64,000 nt of DNA from Octopus vulgaris (Eukaryota), in NCBI GenBank assembly GCA_951406725.2, contig OX597814.1:86552001-86616000 (forward strand), in the 5' to 3' direction. Position 1 is the first letter of the stretch. Each line of letters opens with the position of its first letter. A program made the position numbers and the translations under genes. The notes beneath the pieces were generated by a model, which did no database searches, was not told the origin of the DNA, and was given only the letters and a program-made list of their open reading frames with translations. This document shows, one piece after another, positions 38,351 through 51,433 of the stretch.

Positions 38351-38815
38351 CAGCATTTTCCAACCAGGTTTCTCCAGAACACTGGGATTCTATAAGAAAT
38401 AGTGATATATAGGCTAATTATACACAAATTAATTTTTGAGCCATTTTTGTGTTTAATTCTGTATACAAAACTTTATTGTACATGCATAGGATTTTCTGTA
38501 AGGTAGAGGGAGATTCTGACCTCAGTAGGTCATAAGGAGATCCTACATGAAAAATGATATCACAATAGGGAATTGTAGGGAAATTTAGTCTAAGTAAGAT
38601 CTTGATCAAGACAAAATTTCGTAAATCTTCTTTGTGATATCCAATAGCTTTAGCATTGGCAAACCTTTCAAAGACAGTTTTATGCTTTATTTAATCACTT
38701 TATGAAAGAGAAAGAAAAAAGATTATAAAGATATTAAATAAGTTTTATGTAGGGGTTCCCTGAGACATGCAATGTATTTCAAGGGTTACTCAAGAAAAAA
38801 ATCTGAGAAACATCA
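38351..38815. mobile_element. hAT-type deletion derivative
   Basis: 8-bp TSD CTCTACAT / CTTTACAT (one mismatch); CAGCATTTTCCAACC left end. Confidence 0.6.
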
Positions 38816-39985
38816 CTTTACATACATGGACATTCCACCAGTTAGAAATAGAAGCTTGATCTTCCTCAAATCACTTTATCATCTAAGTACACCTAAACCC
38901 CGAAAAAGGTTACAGCTGAAATGCTTTTGATTATGTTAATTTGAGGATAAACAATAACAGATTTTTAATATTATTTATATAATAATGTTATATATAACAG
39001 TATTTAACAAGTGTTTCATTAAAATACCATGCTGAGATGAAATCATTTCTTAAACCTAAAGCAAAAATTTTTTAGGATAAACAGCAGTTAAATTTTCTCA
39101 AGAAGAGTGGAAGCTAATTGTCATAAGCTTAACTGAGATCAACATTCATTATATCTGTCTTAAGAGAACCAAACTGAATAGATATTTAGAATATGTAGTA
39201 TTTGATTCATACCAAACCTCTCCCTTAAAAGCTACATATGACTAGGTAATATGTCAGAATATTGAATGGCATGTTGACAGTTGTGAACATCTTATCATTG
39301 GCATTGTGTAGTTTCTATAATCAAACTCAGGCAAACCCAGTCACCTATCAAGTAAATTGATGACAGAATTAAGGACAGCAGTAAATTTTCACCCTTTTTT
39401 TCTTTGCCTTTTTTCATGAAATATAAATGGGACAGCACCCAGTTTTCTTAATAATGAAATAAGGATTTCTTATATACAAAGCATATGAATTTACACTTTT
39501 CTCAAGGGTATTCATATAAGCAATCCAGACATAGCTTTATGGTTACGAAGTTCACTTAGTAACTAATTGATTTTCTCAGTGCAAAGTACTTGGGACAAGC
39601 GTTTCTTACTAGAGCCTTGTAAATGAAATTAGGAAGATGACAACTGCAGAGAAGCACTTCAGAGAGAGCATTCAAGTTTTTAGGTGGTAAGCTTATTTCA
39701 TTGCTCTATATGCACTTGGGGCCCCTTTAGTAGAGTCCACTCTGTTTTCCTCTCACCAGTGCCTGAAAAAGGCCATGGTCACTGCCCTTCTGCTTCTGAC
39801 TAAGCCATTAAAATAAGTAAGGAAAAGCTTCATCATGAAATCAAATCTGAGATAAAAGCTGGAATACACTAATAGCTTACTTTTATTATACAATACTTGT
39901 ATTTTACAAGATGAAAATTCCCTGCAGTGTCACAAGTCTACAAACTTATAAGAGTAGCATATAATTGATTAAATCAAACCATATG

Positions 39986-40204
39986 TGAGGGGTGCTGAAA
40001 TGTTCCTGGCTGTGGGTAAGAAAAAAAAATACAGGAGGATCAGTTAATTATGATTTTAATCAACATATCCCCCTCTCAGATTCACACATTTACTGCAGCA
40101 ATCTATCAGTTTTTCTAAGCACTGTGAAAGAACTTGGAAGGTTGAGACTCCAACCAAGTCATTTGTGATACCCTTAAAGCCAGGAACTTTTCAGCATTCC
40201 CTCA
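39986..40204. mobile_element. mariner-type MITE
   Basis: TIR TGAGGGGTGCTGAAA.GTTCCTGG; inverted sister copy at 46891-47082. Confidence 0.8.
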
Positions 40205-42079
40205 TAGACTAGGTCTTTCCTATTTCTCCTGTGAAGAGAAATAGGGCAACATGACTCTAGATGGATTTCAAAACAGAAATTAAAGAGGTGGAAGTAAATA
40301 TTTAAAAAAAATTATCCAGCTAAAAATTTCAGAGCGCTTTTTCAAAGACTACTTAATTTTATTCCTTATTCACAAAGAAAGAATAAGCTGTTATATCTTT
40401 ACTTACAAGGCAATACAATCTTACCCAAAACTTGTGTCTGAAAGACCTTAATGTTGAAATACAATAATACATTGTTCCTTTGAAAAGATCAGATTTAGCT
40501 CATTTTCTCAAAGGTATCAAACAACTATGCTGCTACAAGGATTAATTCTAAGTTAACAAAATAATCTAAATCTGATATTCAAAGACAGATCAACTGACAA
40601 ATTCCTTTCCATTTTCATAAATTCGATTACTAGGAAAACAAATTAAAATTTCTTAATGCAATGCAGGATAGGCAGAATATATTCTATATAAATAATACGG
40701 CAGTGAATAGATGGTGTTGACTTTTTCTCTTAAGTTGACATTATGGAGTTATTCCCTCCCAGCATCAAACGAAAAAGAACCACACCAAGTCATCCTTCAG
40801 CACATACCAGTTTGATTGACATTTATTATTTCTCTCATTAGTGGAAATGTTTATAAAATATTTTCAAATGTCTTTAGAATGATTAAGAAGGAAAATAATA
40901 TTTCATATTGTGTACAACATGACCTGAGAGGTCAAAATATTTTACTACTGATTAAATGGTCAGGACTTTGAACTTGCTATCAAATACTTTGTGGAGTGGA
41001 GTTGATTAGCCTTAGGAAGAATAGCTGAAATTACAGAACCATTCAACAAAAACTGTGGACTAGATGAAAACAAACATTAAATTATTTTAGAATTTTATTA
41101 TGTCTAGTTGATTGAGAGTTTAGATCTTGAAACGTACAAAGACAAAACTAAAAACAGGCATACTCAACTTACATCATTTTGAGTTATGCTTTATTTTTTT
41201 ATTTTTTTATAGACCTCAACTTCAGTCGATTTTCCCAACATCAGCCTCAACGAATATGTTTAATGGCATAGAAATTCTGTATTAAAACACCTAAAACCCA
41301 ATACTAAAGTGGAAAATCAAATAAAATACATGCATAAAGATGTACAAACCATTTATTAAAACAGATATAAACTAAAAAAATGTTTTAAAATGATTTTCAG
41401 TGTTAAGTTGTATGTCGTGGAACTAATTACTGATGCAAGTTGAGGTATACCTACCTGTACCACAGGGTATTTATACCAATACAACAAAATACATGGGCGA
41501 GTTGAAAAGTTCATAGGCTGACTGTGAAGGAGTGATGTTAGAGCTGTGAAATCTTGCATGCATTGATTACAACCTTTCTTATCGCAAAAGTATTAGCACA
41601 GAAAGTGAATTGAAATAAGACCATTACCCAATGGATTGATATCAGTATACTATTTGTATTTAGGTAGTCAGCCAACGACAAAGTTTGAAGTTATTACATA
41701 GACACAAAGCCAGAAATTTGAATATGAAAAACCTGCAGCAGATTTGAACTCATAAGCTATTTTTAAGTAGTGATGGTTCAGTAATTTTCCACTTGGCCAA
41801 ATCACTTGTACAAATTTACCCACATGTATATATTTTAGTAAACTATGACAGAAAAGGTACAATAGATGAGAGTGTTTATATCAATAGTTTTTACCTTATT
41901 AAATAAGAATGCCTTTTCAGAAATATTGATGACAATAAAGTTACCTTACTGTAGAGAAGAAACACTATAAATTTTTTTCCATTTCAGGCAATAAGAAAAC
42001 AAAAAAACATACAATACAGAATACTTCCAAATTTTGAATTAACAGTTAAAATTTTTGATGGGAATATATTAGACAAATC

Positions 42080-43105
42080 ACAAGTCTCTTCAGGGAGATG
42101 GCCCTGCTTGATATGGTAGAAACTCATAAGTGGTGTAGCAGTATCACAGGAAGGCTAACAGAGAATATAGTTTGTGTGTGGCAGGTGTGCAGGTACAATA
42201 AGCACTAAAAATGTGCAAGACAATAGACTGCTTCAAATGCTTAGAGGGATCATTAATAGTAGATAGCTTCTGTTATCTAGGAGACCAAGTTAGCAGTGAA
42301 GGAGGAAGTTCTGAAAGTGTAGTTGCTATAGTAAGAACAGGCTTGGCAAAGTTCAGAGAGCTTATGCCTTTGTTGGTAACTAAGGGCCTCTCCTTAAGAG
42401 TGAAAAGCAGATTGTATGATGCATGTGTACATACATGCTATGTTATATGGCAGTGAAACATGGGCTTTGACTACAGAAGACTTGCAAAGGCTTGAAAGAA
42501 AGGAAGCTAGCATGCTCCACTGGATGGGTAATGTCAGTGTGCACGCATGACAGAGTGTAAATGATTTAAGAGGAAAACTGAGTATAAGAGGCATTAGATG
42601 TTGTGTGCAAGAGAGAAGACTGCGCTGGTTTGGCCATGTGATGAATATGGATGGAGACAATTGTGTAAAGAAGTGCCAAGCTCTCATTGTGGAGGGAACC
42701 TGTGGAAGGGGTAGACCAGGAAGACACGAGATGAAGTGGTGAGAAAGGATCTTCAGATGCTGGGCCTCACTGAGGAAATGACCAGGAGATGTGGCAATTT
42801 ACTGTACTTGAAAAGATTTGTCAAGCTAAGTAAAATCAATATCTTCCATACATACATACATACATACAGATTTGTCCTTTTAGGTACCACATGAAAAGCA
42901 CCTGTGCTGGTGCTGCATAAATGCATCTGTGCCGGTGGTACATAAAAAGCATCCAGCACACACTCTACTAAATGGTTGGCACTAGGAAGGGCATTCAGTT
43001 ATAGAAACCATACCACAACAGACAATTGGAATCTGAACAGTTCCATGTCAAACCATCCAACCCACACCAGCATCGAAAATGGACATTAAACAATGATGAT
43101 GATGA
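42080..43105 (+). mobile_element. RTE LINE 3' fragment with 3'UTR and (GAT)n tail
   Basis: VDSFCYLGDQ...KFREL.PLL...RLYDACV...RRLRWFGHV, then a few minisatellite units and the tail. Confidence 0.88.
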
Positions 43106-45203
43106 TTTATAAGCACAAATTTGAGACAGAAAAAGAGTAACAAGCTGCACAGATGCCCTTTACAGTCTTAAATTACTGTTAATGTCCAGTTTTCTCTCAG
43201 TGCAAATGATCTGAGAGAAAAACTGGCATAAGAGGAATCTGATGTAGAATGCAAGAAAGAGGACTGTACTACTATGGACAGGTGATGCTCATAGATGAGT
43301 ACAACTGTATAAAGAAGTGCTGATCACTTAATGTGGATGAAGCCTGTAGATGAGGAAGACACAAGAAGTAGATCCCAGCACCTTGAATCTCATGGAGGTG
43401 ATGACAAAGGACAGAATGACTGACAATGAGATTCTGGAAGTACAGATTGTGTGTGTGTGTGCAACTGACCCACCCCAACCAATTTCCTCTTCAAAACATT
43501 CCCACCACCCATTACTTCTCTAACTGCACTATTCTACTGCCCATTCATGTGGAGGGAAGGATATTCCGAAACTGGAAGCCCAATCCCTGTGAACTGTCAA
43601 CTGACCATGACTATATCTCTGTATTTCTAAGGTTTAACAAATAACTAAATGGTGTACTGTATTTTCCCTGCATACAAGTTCAATTTTTCAGACCAAAGTT
43701 TACAACCATAAAAGGTTGGTTAACTTTGGGGGACCAAAAATGTAATGTGAAATGTAGCAGTATTTGGAAAGATAGTGATGATGTTGAATGTTTTATACAC
43801 ATTTACACTATATACTATGTTGACCTGTGTGTTGAGAAATATGGTAATAAAATGTAGTCACAAAAAATCGGTAGAGGTTTTATGTTGGAAAAAAAAAATG
43901 AAGTTCAGTAAAATCAATATCTGGAGGTGAGCTATAAAATAAAATATTTTCATTTGGACAGGGCCCTTTCATTTTCAAATCAACTACATAATGTAAAACT
44001 GGGTAAATTTTACTAATGCTTTCTCAATGTGGCTAATGCAATTAGCAATGAAACAGAAAATGGGGGAACTGATCAATCTCATAATGTTTAAGTAATATGT
44101 ATTAGCAACTTGTACAAGCAACAATTTGTATTAGTCCATTTCCTTTTCTCTCTCTCTCTTTTTTTTTTTTTTTGCATAATTTAGGAGCTATTAATTCATA
44201 CTCACAAAGAATACTTTGTTTCATTGGTAAGTAGTGTTTGTTTCTCATCTTCTGTAGTGCAAGACATTATTACTTTGTAGAGATGAAATCAATGTGAAAA
44301 TGTAGTAAAAATGACTTCAATTTCTTGTCCTCAAAGCTTTCTTAAAAACTAACTTCAACAAACTATCAAATTACTTCACTTATAAATTATAAAAATCTAG
44401 CCAACTAACAATGATGCCTTCTTTAAGATATTAATGACCTGTCACAGATATCATACTATACATATCAATAGGCAAGAAACAATAATAATTTAAAAAATGG
44501 TAACAATTCAAGCAAAATACATTATATATTATTGGGACTTAGGCAGTAACAATTCAAACAAAATATATTTCTAGACTTTGGACATGAAACATCAAACAAA
44601 CAGTAAAAATGAAATAAATAATACTGAATAAATTACAAATTCACCAGTTTGAATATTTCAAAGTTTAACAACGTCTTAGTACAATGATTCAACAAACTAT
44701 GGGAGGCTATTTAGATGTAACCACAGAAATATGATTCCATTAGAACTATTTTATTATAAAACTAATAAAGTGGATGACCAAGAGCTGGAGCACTAAAATT
44801 ACAAATATTAAAGCTTTACCTCATCTTTAAGAGATGAAATTCATTTTTTTCCCCAAAATTCTCTGCATCTATACTGATCTTGATTAGTTTGACTTCCAAT
44901 GTCTTATTCTTAGATGTGTCTATAGTACCAGACATAGTTCAAACTGGAAACCTTTATTTATCTTTTACTTCAGTCATTGGACAGCAGCCATACTAGGGCA
45001 TCATCTGGAAGAGTTTTAGTTGAACAAATCAATCCCAAGTTTTATTTTTTTTTAAAGCCTGGTACTTATTTTATCAGTCTCTCTTGCCAAACTGCGAAGT
45101 TTTGGGGATATAACCAAACCAAGAATGGTTGTCATGCAGTGGTATGGGACAACCACAAAACACAGACACATACTCCCCACACACACACACGAGATTTCTT
45201 TAA

Positions 45204-45423
45204 CCCTTTTGTTACTAACCCGGCCAAAACCGGCTCTGGCTATGTGGTAAAATGTCTTGTTTTCATAAGTTTTGAATTAAAATATTCCACCAAGCCTTAG
45301 TCACAATTTACATTCCTAACACTAGCTTAATGATAACTAAGTTATTTTACTAAATTTTTTGTTATATTTAAAATAATTGAAAGAAACACAGAGCATCTCA
45401 AAATAAATACAGTAATGAAAGGG
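45204..45423. mobile_element. piggyBac-type MITE (second family) nested in a SINE
   Basis: TTAA|CCCTTTTGTTACT...AGTAATGAAAGGG|TTAA. Older copies at about 23150-23352 and 37285-37477. Confidence 0.85.
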
Positions 45424-46890
45424 TTAAGTTCCCATCTACCAAATCCACTCACAAGACTTTGGTTGACCTGGGGCAATAGCAGAGGACATTTGCCCAGGGC
45501 ACTATGCAGTAGGACTGAACCTGGAACCATGTGGTTGAGAAGCAAACTACCTATCACTCAACCACACCTACCTAAACTATTTTATCTACACTGACTATTA
45601 ATATTGTTTAGAATTTAAATATGTCTAGGAACATTGTATTTTAATGCTATTGTTAAGAATTCGTAATGCTTCAAAAGCTAAATGGCATAAAAAAATTAAA
45701 AAATACTAAACTGAAAATTTAAATGAGAATTTGAAAATTTTTTTACAATTGAACAATGTTGCATTATACAAATATCTAAATATTTCAATAATGTATTCTT
45801 TTATTCCTTCATTTCAGTTGTTTGACTGTGGCCATGCTGGAGCACCGCCTTAGTCGAACAAATCAACCCCAAGACTTATTTTTTGTAAGCCTAGTACTTA
45901 TTCTATCGGTGTCTTTTGCCAAACTGCTAAGTTACGGGGACATAAACACACCAGCATCAGTTGTCAAGCAATGGTGGGGGGACAAATGCAGACACAAACA
46001 TATACATATACACATATATGTGATGGGCTTCTTCCAGTCTCCGTCTACTAAATCCACTCACAAGGCTTTGGTCGTCCTGAGGCTATAGTAGAAGACACTT
46101 GTCTAAAGTGTCACACTGTGGGACTGAATCTGGAACCATGGGGTTGGGAAGCAAGCTTCTTACCACACAGCCATGTCTGCGCCTCTATGTAAAAAAATTC
46201 TTTACATCAAACATCCCTTAAACTTTTATTCCATAGTGATCATAACCTTTTTTTGTAGCCCCTCTCTCACTGTTATGCCTAGTGTCCCCTTCCCCTCAAG
46301 TAGTTACTCTTTCAAGCATCCCACTTAAGTGGCAAGTAAAGTATCACGACTAACGTAAGATGGAATGATAATTTATAAATTTTATTCTAAAAATGGACTG
46401 TATAAGATTTTAACTGTGAATTGATAGAAAAATTTATGAAGACAAGAGTTGTTAAATAACTTCATACATTGCAAGTTAATGATTTCTTTGTGCCTGATGA
46501 GATCTCATATTTTAATAACCACTACTAGTTTTATCATGTATAATATAATTACTGCTATAGGTAAAATTTAGTATGTTATCCCACTGCCCCCAAAGTCTAA
46601 TGCTCCCTTTGATATGCTCAGCAACCCTTGATTTAGGGAAACATGACAAATCTCTTCAAAGAACAATTTATTAATTAGGTAAAATGATTCATATTTCTTC
46701 TAAGTGTTGAGATGCAACATTGGCAACGGAACAATAAAAAACTATAAAGGGAGAACCCTGGCATAATTTAAGGATTTATTAACTAATTCTAAGTTTTCCA
46801 TATTGACAGCTTGTGACATGGGTTAATTATATTTAGATGAGATGCATGAGTACATACACACATATATATGCATACACACGCACACACTTA

Positions 46891-47082
46891 TGGGGGTGCT
46901 GAAAAGTTCCTGGCTTTAAGAGTATTGCGAAAGGCTTGGTTGGAGACCCAACCTTCCAAGTTCTTAGTAAAACTGAAGGACTGCTGTAATAAGTGTGTGA
47001 ATCCGAGAGGGAAATATGTTGAATAAAAATCATAATCTTGTATTTTCTTTTATCCATACCCAGGAACTTTTCAGCACCCTTG
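46891..47082. mobile_element. mariner-type MITE
   Basis: TA|TGGGGGTGCTGAAAAGTTCCTGG...CCAGGAACTTTTCAGCACCCTTG|TA. Confidence 0.82.
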
Positions 47083-47429
47083 TATAAACACAAACACTTG
47101 CATACACATCTACACTTATACACAGGTGTATTGCAAATGTGTATATTTAATACATTATAAATGGAAACTCAATACTATCAACCACAGGAAAAATATTCAG
47201 TGAACACAAACTGAACAAAATTTGTATACTGTGAAGTATGTATGTTTCACAGTAACAGCTGTTATATATAGGACACGTCAAAATGATATTTATATTATAT
47301 GTGAATACAGTGTATGCTATACTGTTATTGACAAAAATATATTACTTTTGGTAAATAAGCTTTGATCAGAACATTGCCCAGCAATATATGATGTGTTGTA
47401 ACAAGTCAGTATCAAATATATGGAAAATA

Positions 47430-48607
47430 TGAGGATGGATTGAAAAGTTCATCAGCTGATTATGAAAGACTGATGCTAGAGGTGTGAAATTTTGCATGCA
47501 TTAATTTCAATCCTTCTTATTAACAACTCATTGTTTCTTTACAGGTAAACTGATGTCTGACTAATCAAAGAAGATTTCAAAAGTAACTAGTAGCAACTTC
47601 TCTTGAAAGTGGATAGAATTTGGCTCTGTGGTGTTATCAAGTACCTGCAGGTAAAGGGTTTAACCCCACAAGAACATTCATGTTGACATGGTTGCTACAT
47701 TAGAGGATGACACTAAAAGTGCAAAAGTGGGCAGCTGAATTTAGGGAAGGAAAGGAGCCAACATCTGGACATCCTGCAACTGCCACCACCAAGGAAAACA
47801 TTGATCATGTTCACCACACAGTAATGGATGACAGGCATTTAACTATAAATCAAATAGTGAAAGGTATTAGCATATCCCATGGGAGAGTTGAGAATATTTT
47901 GCACAATGAACTTGTCATGATGAAGATTTCTGCTCGGTGGGTGCCACATCTGACACCTGATCAAAAGTGCTCCAGGCCGATCACACCATGGGAAAATTTG
48001 ACATTGTTTCAGACAGATCCAACAGGTTTCCTTGAACATTTCCTAATCCAGGATGAATGTTGGGTCCATCACTTTCAGTCAGAGACAAAGAGACAATCCA
48101 TGCAATAGAAACACCCTCCTCACCTGCTCCAAAGAAGGACATGGTCATTTCATCTGCAGGGAAGGTGGTGATCTCAGTTTTTTGGGATGCAAAAGGCATT
48201 GTGATTGTTGACTATCTTGAAAAGGGCTACACCATCAATGGAGAGTACTATGCCAACTTGCTGAGGCAGTTACAAATACCTATCAACACCAAATGCCTAG
48301 GAAATCTGATGAAAGGGGTCTTGCTTCATCAGGTCAATGCTCCAGCACACAAGTCTGTTGGTTTCAATGGCTGCTGAGCATGACTGTGGCTTTGAACTGA
48401 TTAATCACCCTCCACATCTGACTATTATCTGTTCCCCAATAAGAAAAAACACTTGGCTGGGAACCAATATCATAGTGATGATGACATGATATCTGCTGTT
48501 GATGACTTTTTAGACCAACAGGATGAAAGCTTCTTCACCAATGAGATCCATTTGGTCATATTCCATGAGTATCTTGGTCAGCCTATGAACTTTTCAGCCA
48601 GCCCTCA
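47430..48607 (+). mobile_element. Near full-length mariner transposon with pseudogenised transposase
   Basis: About 30-bp TIRs (TGAGG.TGG.TGAAAAGTTCAT..GCTGA) and TA TSD. Motifs SGHP, WVPH.LT, DECWVHHF, SVFWDAKG, TINGEYY, HQVNAPAH, HPP..SDYYLFP, with stops and frameshifts. A lone left end lies at about 41490-41580. Confidence 0.93.
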
Positions 48608-50084
48608 TACATTATGCTGATGCATTTATCAACTACCAGTGTCAAATCAGTTTCTTTTAAAATGCCATTGTTTGTGACAAACTGCTTGTCAACAACAACA
48701 ACAACAATAAACTTTGACATGTAAGTTTCTTTATTGCCCACAATAAAGAAAGGTCACTGGCCACAAATCACATCCAAACATCTTAAGTCAAGCTAAATAA
48801 AATTGTAGTTGTGGCCAGTGTTGGTGACACGTGAAAGGCACCGGTGCCAGTGACACGCAAAAGACACCCACGCCGGCGACATGCAAAAGGTGCCGGCGAC
48901 ACGCAAAAGGTACTCATGCCGGCGACATGTAAAGAACACTCAGTACACTGAGAAGTGGTTGGTGTTAAGAAGGGCATCCAGCCATAGAAACCAAGCCAAG
49001 ACAGACTGGAACCTGATGCAACTCTCTGCTCCAGTCAAACTGTCTTACCCATGCCAGCATGGAAAACAGATGCTAGATGATGATGATAAAATTGTTGAAA
49101 TTTATGAGTTTAAAGTTCATAGATTATTCGATATTTGAGTGATGTATGAATTGTTAAATTTTTTAGTCACTAAATTACAAAACAATGTTATATGCATTTT
49201 TGAGCCAGACATATATTGTCTCAAAGTAGCTAAATATAGAAAAATAAATGTAAATCTTAGTATACAACACTGAGATTATGTGATTGCTTAAAATGGGCTG
49301 CTAGCCAAATGAGAACAAAGGCCAAGCTTAACATCATGAAGAGCAATGTTTAGAAAGCTTGAGGCCAGTTTGTGGGCAAACTATGGTCTACAGGACTTAC
49401 TGAGTAGCATGCCTTAACAAAAATTACCTTGAATTTTGTTTTAGTAGTGTGGCTCATCTGATGATGAGCCATATTTCATGCAGCCTGTGTCTTGAAAAAC
49501 GATTGTCAATGCCTAATTTAGATAGATGATTTACTGGTCAGGAAATTTTAACAATAGTCTATTGTTAAAATCGGTAGAGGGATTCAACATAATAATAAAT
49601 ATATACAAATACAAAACAAGGATTTTAACAGAGTTTGAAATCATGACTTTGTGATCCTTAGTCCAGTACATATATCCACAATCTAGATATTTTTTTTTCT
49701 AATCAAGGCGCAAGGCCCTAAATTTTGGGGGAGTGGGCCAGTCGATTAGGTTGACCCCAGTATGCAACTGGTACTTATTTAATTGACCCCGAAAGGCAAA
49801 GTCAACCTTGGCAGAATTTGAACTCAGAAAGTAAAGACAGAAAAGTACCATTAAGCATTTTGCCCAGCATGCCAGCTCACCACCATCCACAATCTAGATA
49901 TTGAAAACGACTGCTGGACACATGTTCCATTAATTTCCAGTGGGTGTTCACACTTGAAGAAGGAGTAACTTCATGTTTGTTTGTTTAGCCTCAGTTCAGC
50001 CTTGACTGAGCAGACCTATGATCAAAAATACTCTAGTCATGAACATCATATATTTCAAATATCTCCTTCATGTAAAACAAATAT

Positions 50085-50450
50085 CTCTTCGTGTAGAAGA
50101 GAATATGACCAAAGATTGCGTGTACTCCAGCACATGCAGCTGTGGTAGGTTATACAAAGACAAAACATGCTGCCTCCTCAAAAAGAAAGTAGACGAACAT
50201 TGCAAATCTGTGACACGAGGAGCTATTGATAAATTGGGTATAGCTGATCATGTATGGAAAAATGGAGACCACCTCCCCCTGTGAGATGAAGTTAAAATAA
50301 TAGACAGAGAGCATCACTGGAAAATACGAAAACTAAAAGCAGCAGCACATATGCCAGGACACAACAACCTCCTAAGCAGACCAAGTGCGGATATGAGCAG
50401 CATATGGGAACCGGTATTTAGCAAGGATAGAAAAATATTAGATGTATAAG
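50085..50450 (+). mobile_element. Penelope-like element remnant (GIY-YIG endonuclease)
   Basis: CVYSSTCSCGRLYKDKT...EH....IADHVW..GDH....VKIIDRE..W.IRK.K.A.H. Confidence 0.85.
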
Positions 50451-50477
50451 CCCTAAAATTCACTCCATAATTACCCA

Positions 50478-50583
50478 CGGGCATATGGCGTAGTGGTTAA
50501 GAGCGTGGGCTACCAACCCCAAGATTCCGAGTTCAATTCCAAGCAGTGACCTGAACAATAACAATAACAATAATAATAATAAT
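50478..50583 (+). mobile_element. Short tRNA-derived SINE with (AAT)n tail
   Basis: A box TGGCGTAGTGG, B box GTTCAATTCC; no closed acceptor stem. Confidence 0.75.
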
Positions 50584-50589
50584 AGTTGA

Positions 50590-51433
50590 ACTTCTGAGTG
50601 CTTTCACAAATGGAAAAGAAAGAGAAACCAATAGCACAATATTTGGATTTCAAAAGGATTCTATGGTCCTATCTTATTATCCGAAGAAAGATTATGTAGT
50701 CACACTTATGAGTACAATGCACTCTCAGCCTTCAATTGATTCAAAAAGTGCTGAAAAGAAACCAGAAATTATTACATGTTACAACAAATCAAAAGGAGGA
50801 GGAGATACCCTAGACAAGATGGTAAGGACATACACTTGCAAAAGAATGACTTGAAGATAGCCTATGGTTATATTCTACAACATGATTGATATAAGTGCAG
50901 TGAATGCTTTCATTGTTGCTAAACAGCTTCACTTGCAAAGTTTCAAGGATAAAAGAAGACAGTACCTAATTCAGTTAGGAAAGGAAATGCCGGAGTTAAT
51001 GCTCAACAAGAATATGACAAATAATCTTCTAGTTCTGCTAACATTTCTTGGCAAAACAAGAAAAGAAGGCAATCTTCAACCTCAAAAGGAAGATGTTCTT
51101 TGTGTGGCCCCAAAAAAGACAGGAAAACTCGTACTACATGTAAGAATTGTAATATCCATGTTTGCCAAGAACATTCCAATGTTGTCTGCATTGACTGCCA
51201 TGAAGAGCTGTAATTCTGTACTTTTGTAGTTTTTTAAATTTATAATATATTCTGTAAGTTGTATTTTTTAATTAAAATTTTGAGAAACAATAATCCTTCA
51301 TTCACCTGATAATATATATAATGTAGCTAAGAAATAGTGGTAGCTTGAATAAATTTTAAATAAAAGAAAAATATTGGGTCCATTGGACCCAGTTGGTAAT
51401 TAGTGACATACATTTTCTCTAATAGACCAAGGC
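50590..51433 (+). mobile_element. piggyBac transposon 3' part (transposase pseudogene)
   Basis: MSTMH, KPEIITCYNKSKGGGDTLDKM..TY, PMVIFYNMIDISAVNAFI and a C-terminal Cys-rich domain (CSLC...CKNC..HVCQEH...CIDC). Ends AAGGC|TTAA at 51434-51437. Confidence 0.92.

Noticed and set aside
47707-48377. Domesticated SETMAR-like gene
   Set aside because: It lies within TIRs, has stops and frameshifts and a mutated second catalytic Asp, and has no SET domain.
50478-50552. tRNA gene
   Set aside because: A and B boxes are present, but there is no closed acceptor stem and it has an (AAT)n tail, so it is a SINE.
50663-51229. PGBD host gene
   Set aside because: In-frame stops, a frameshift, 5' truncation and a transposon-type TTAA end.
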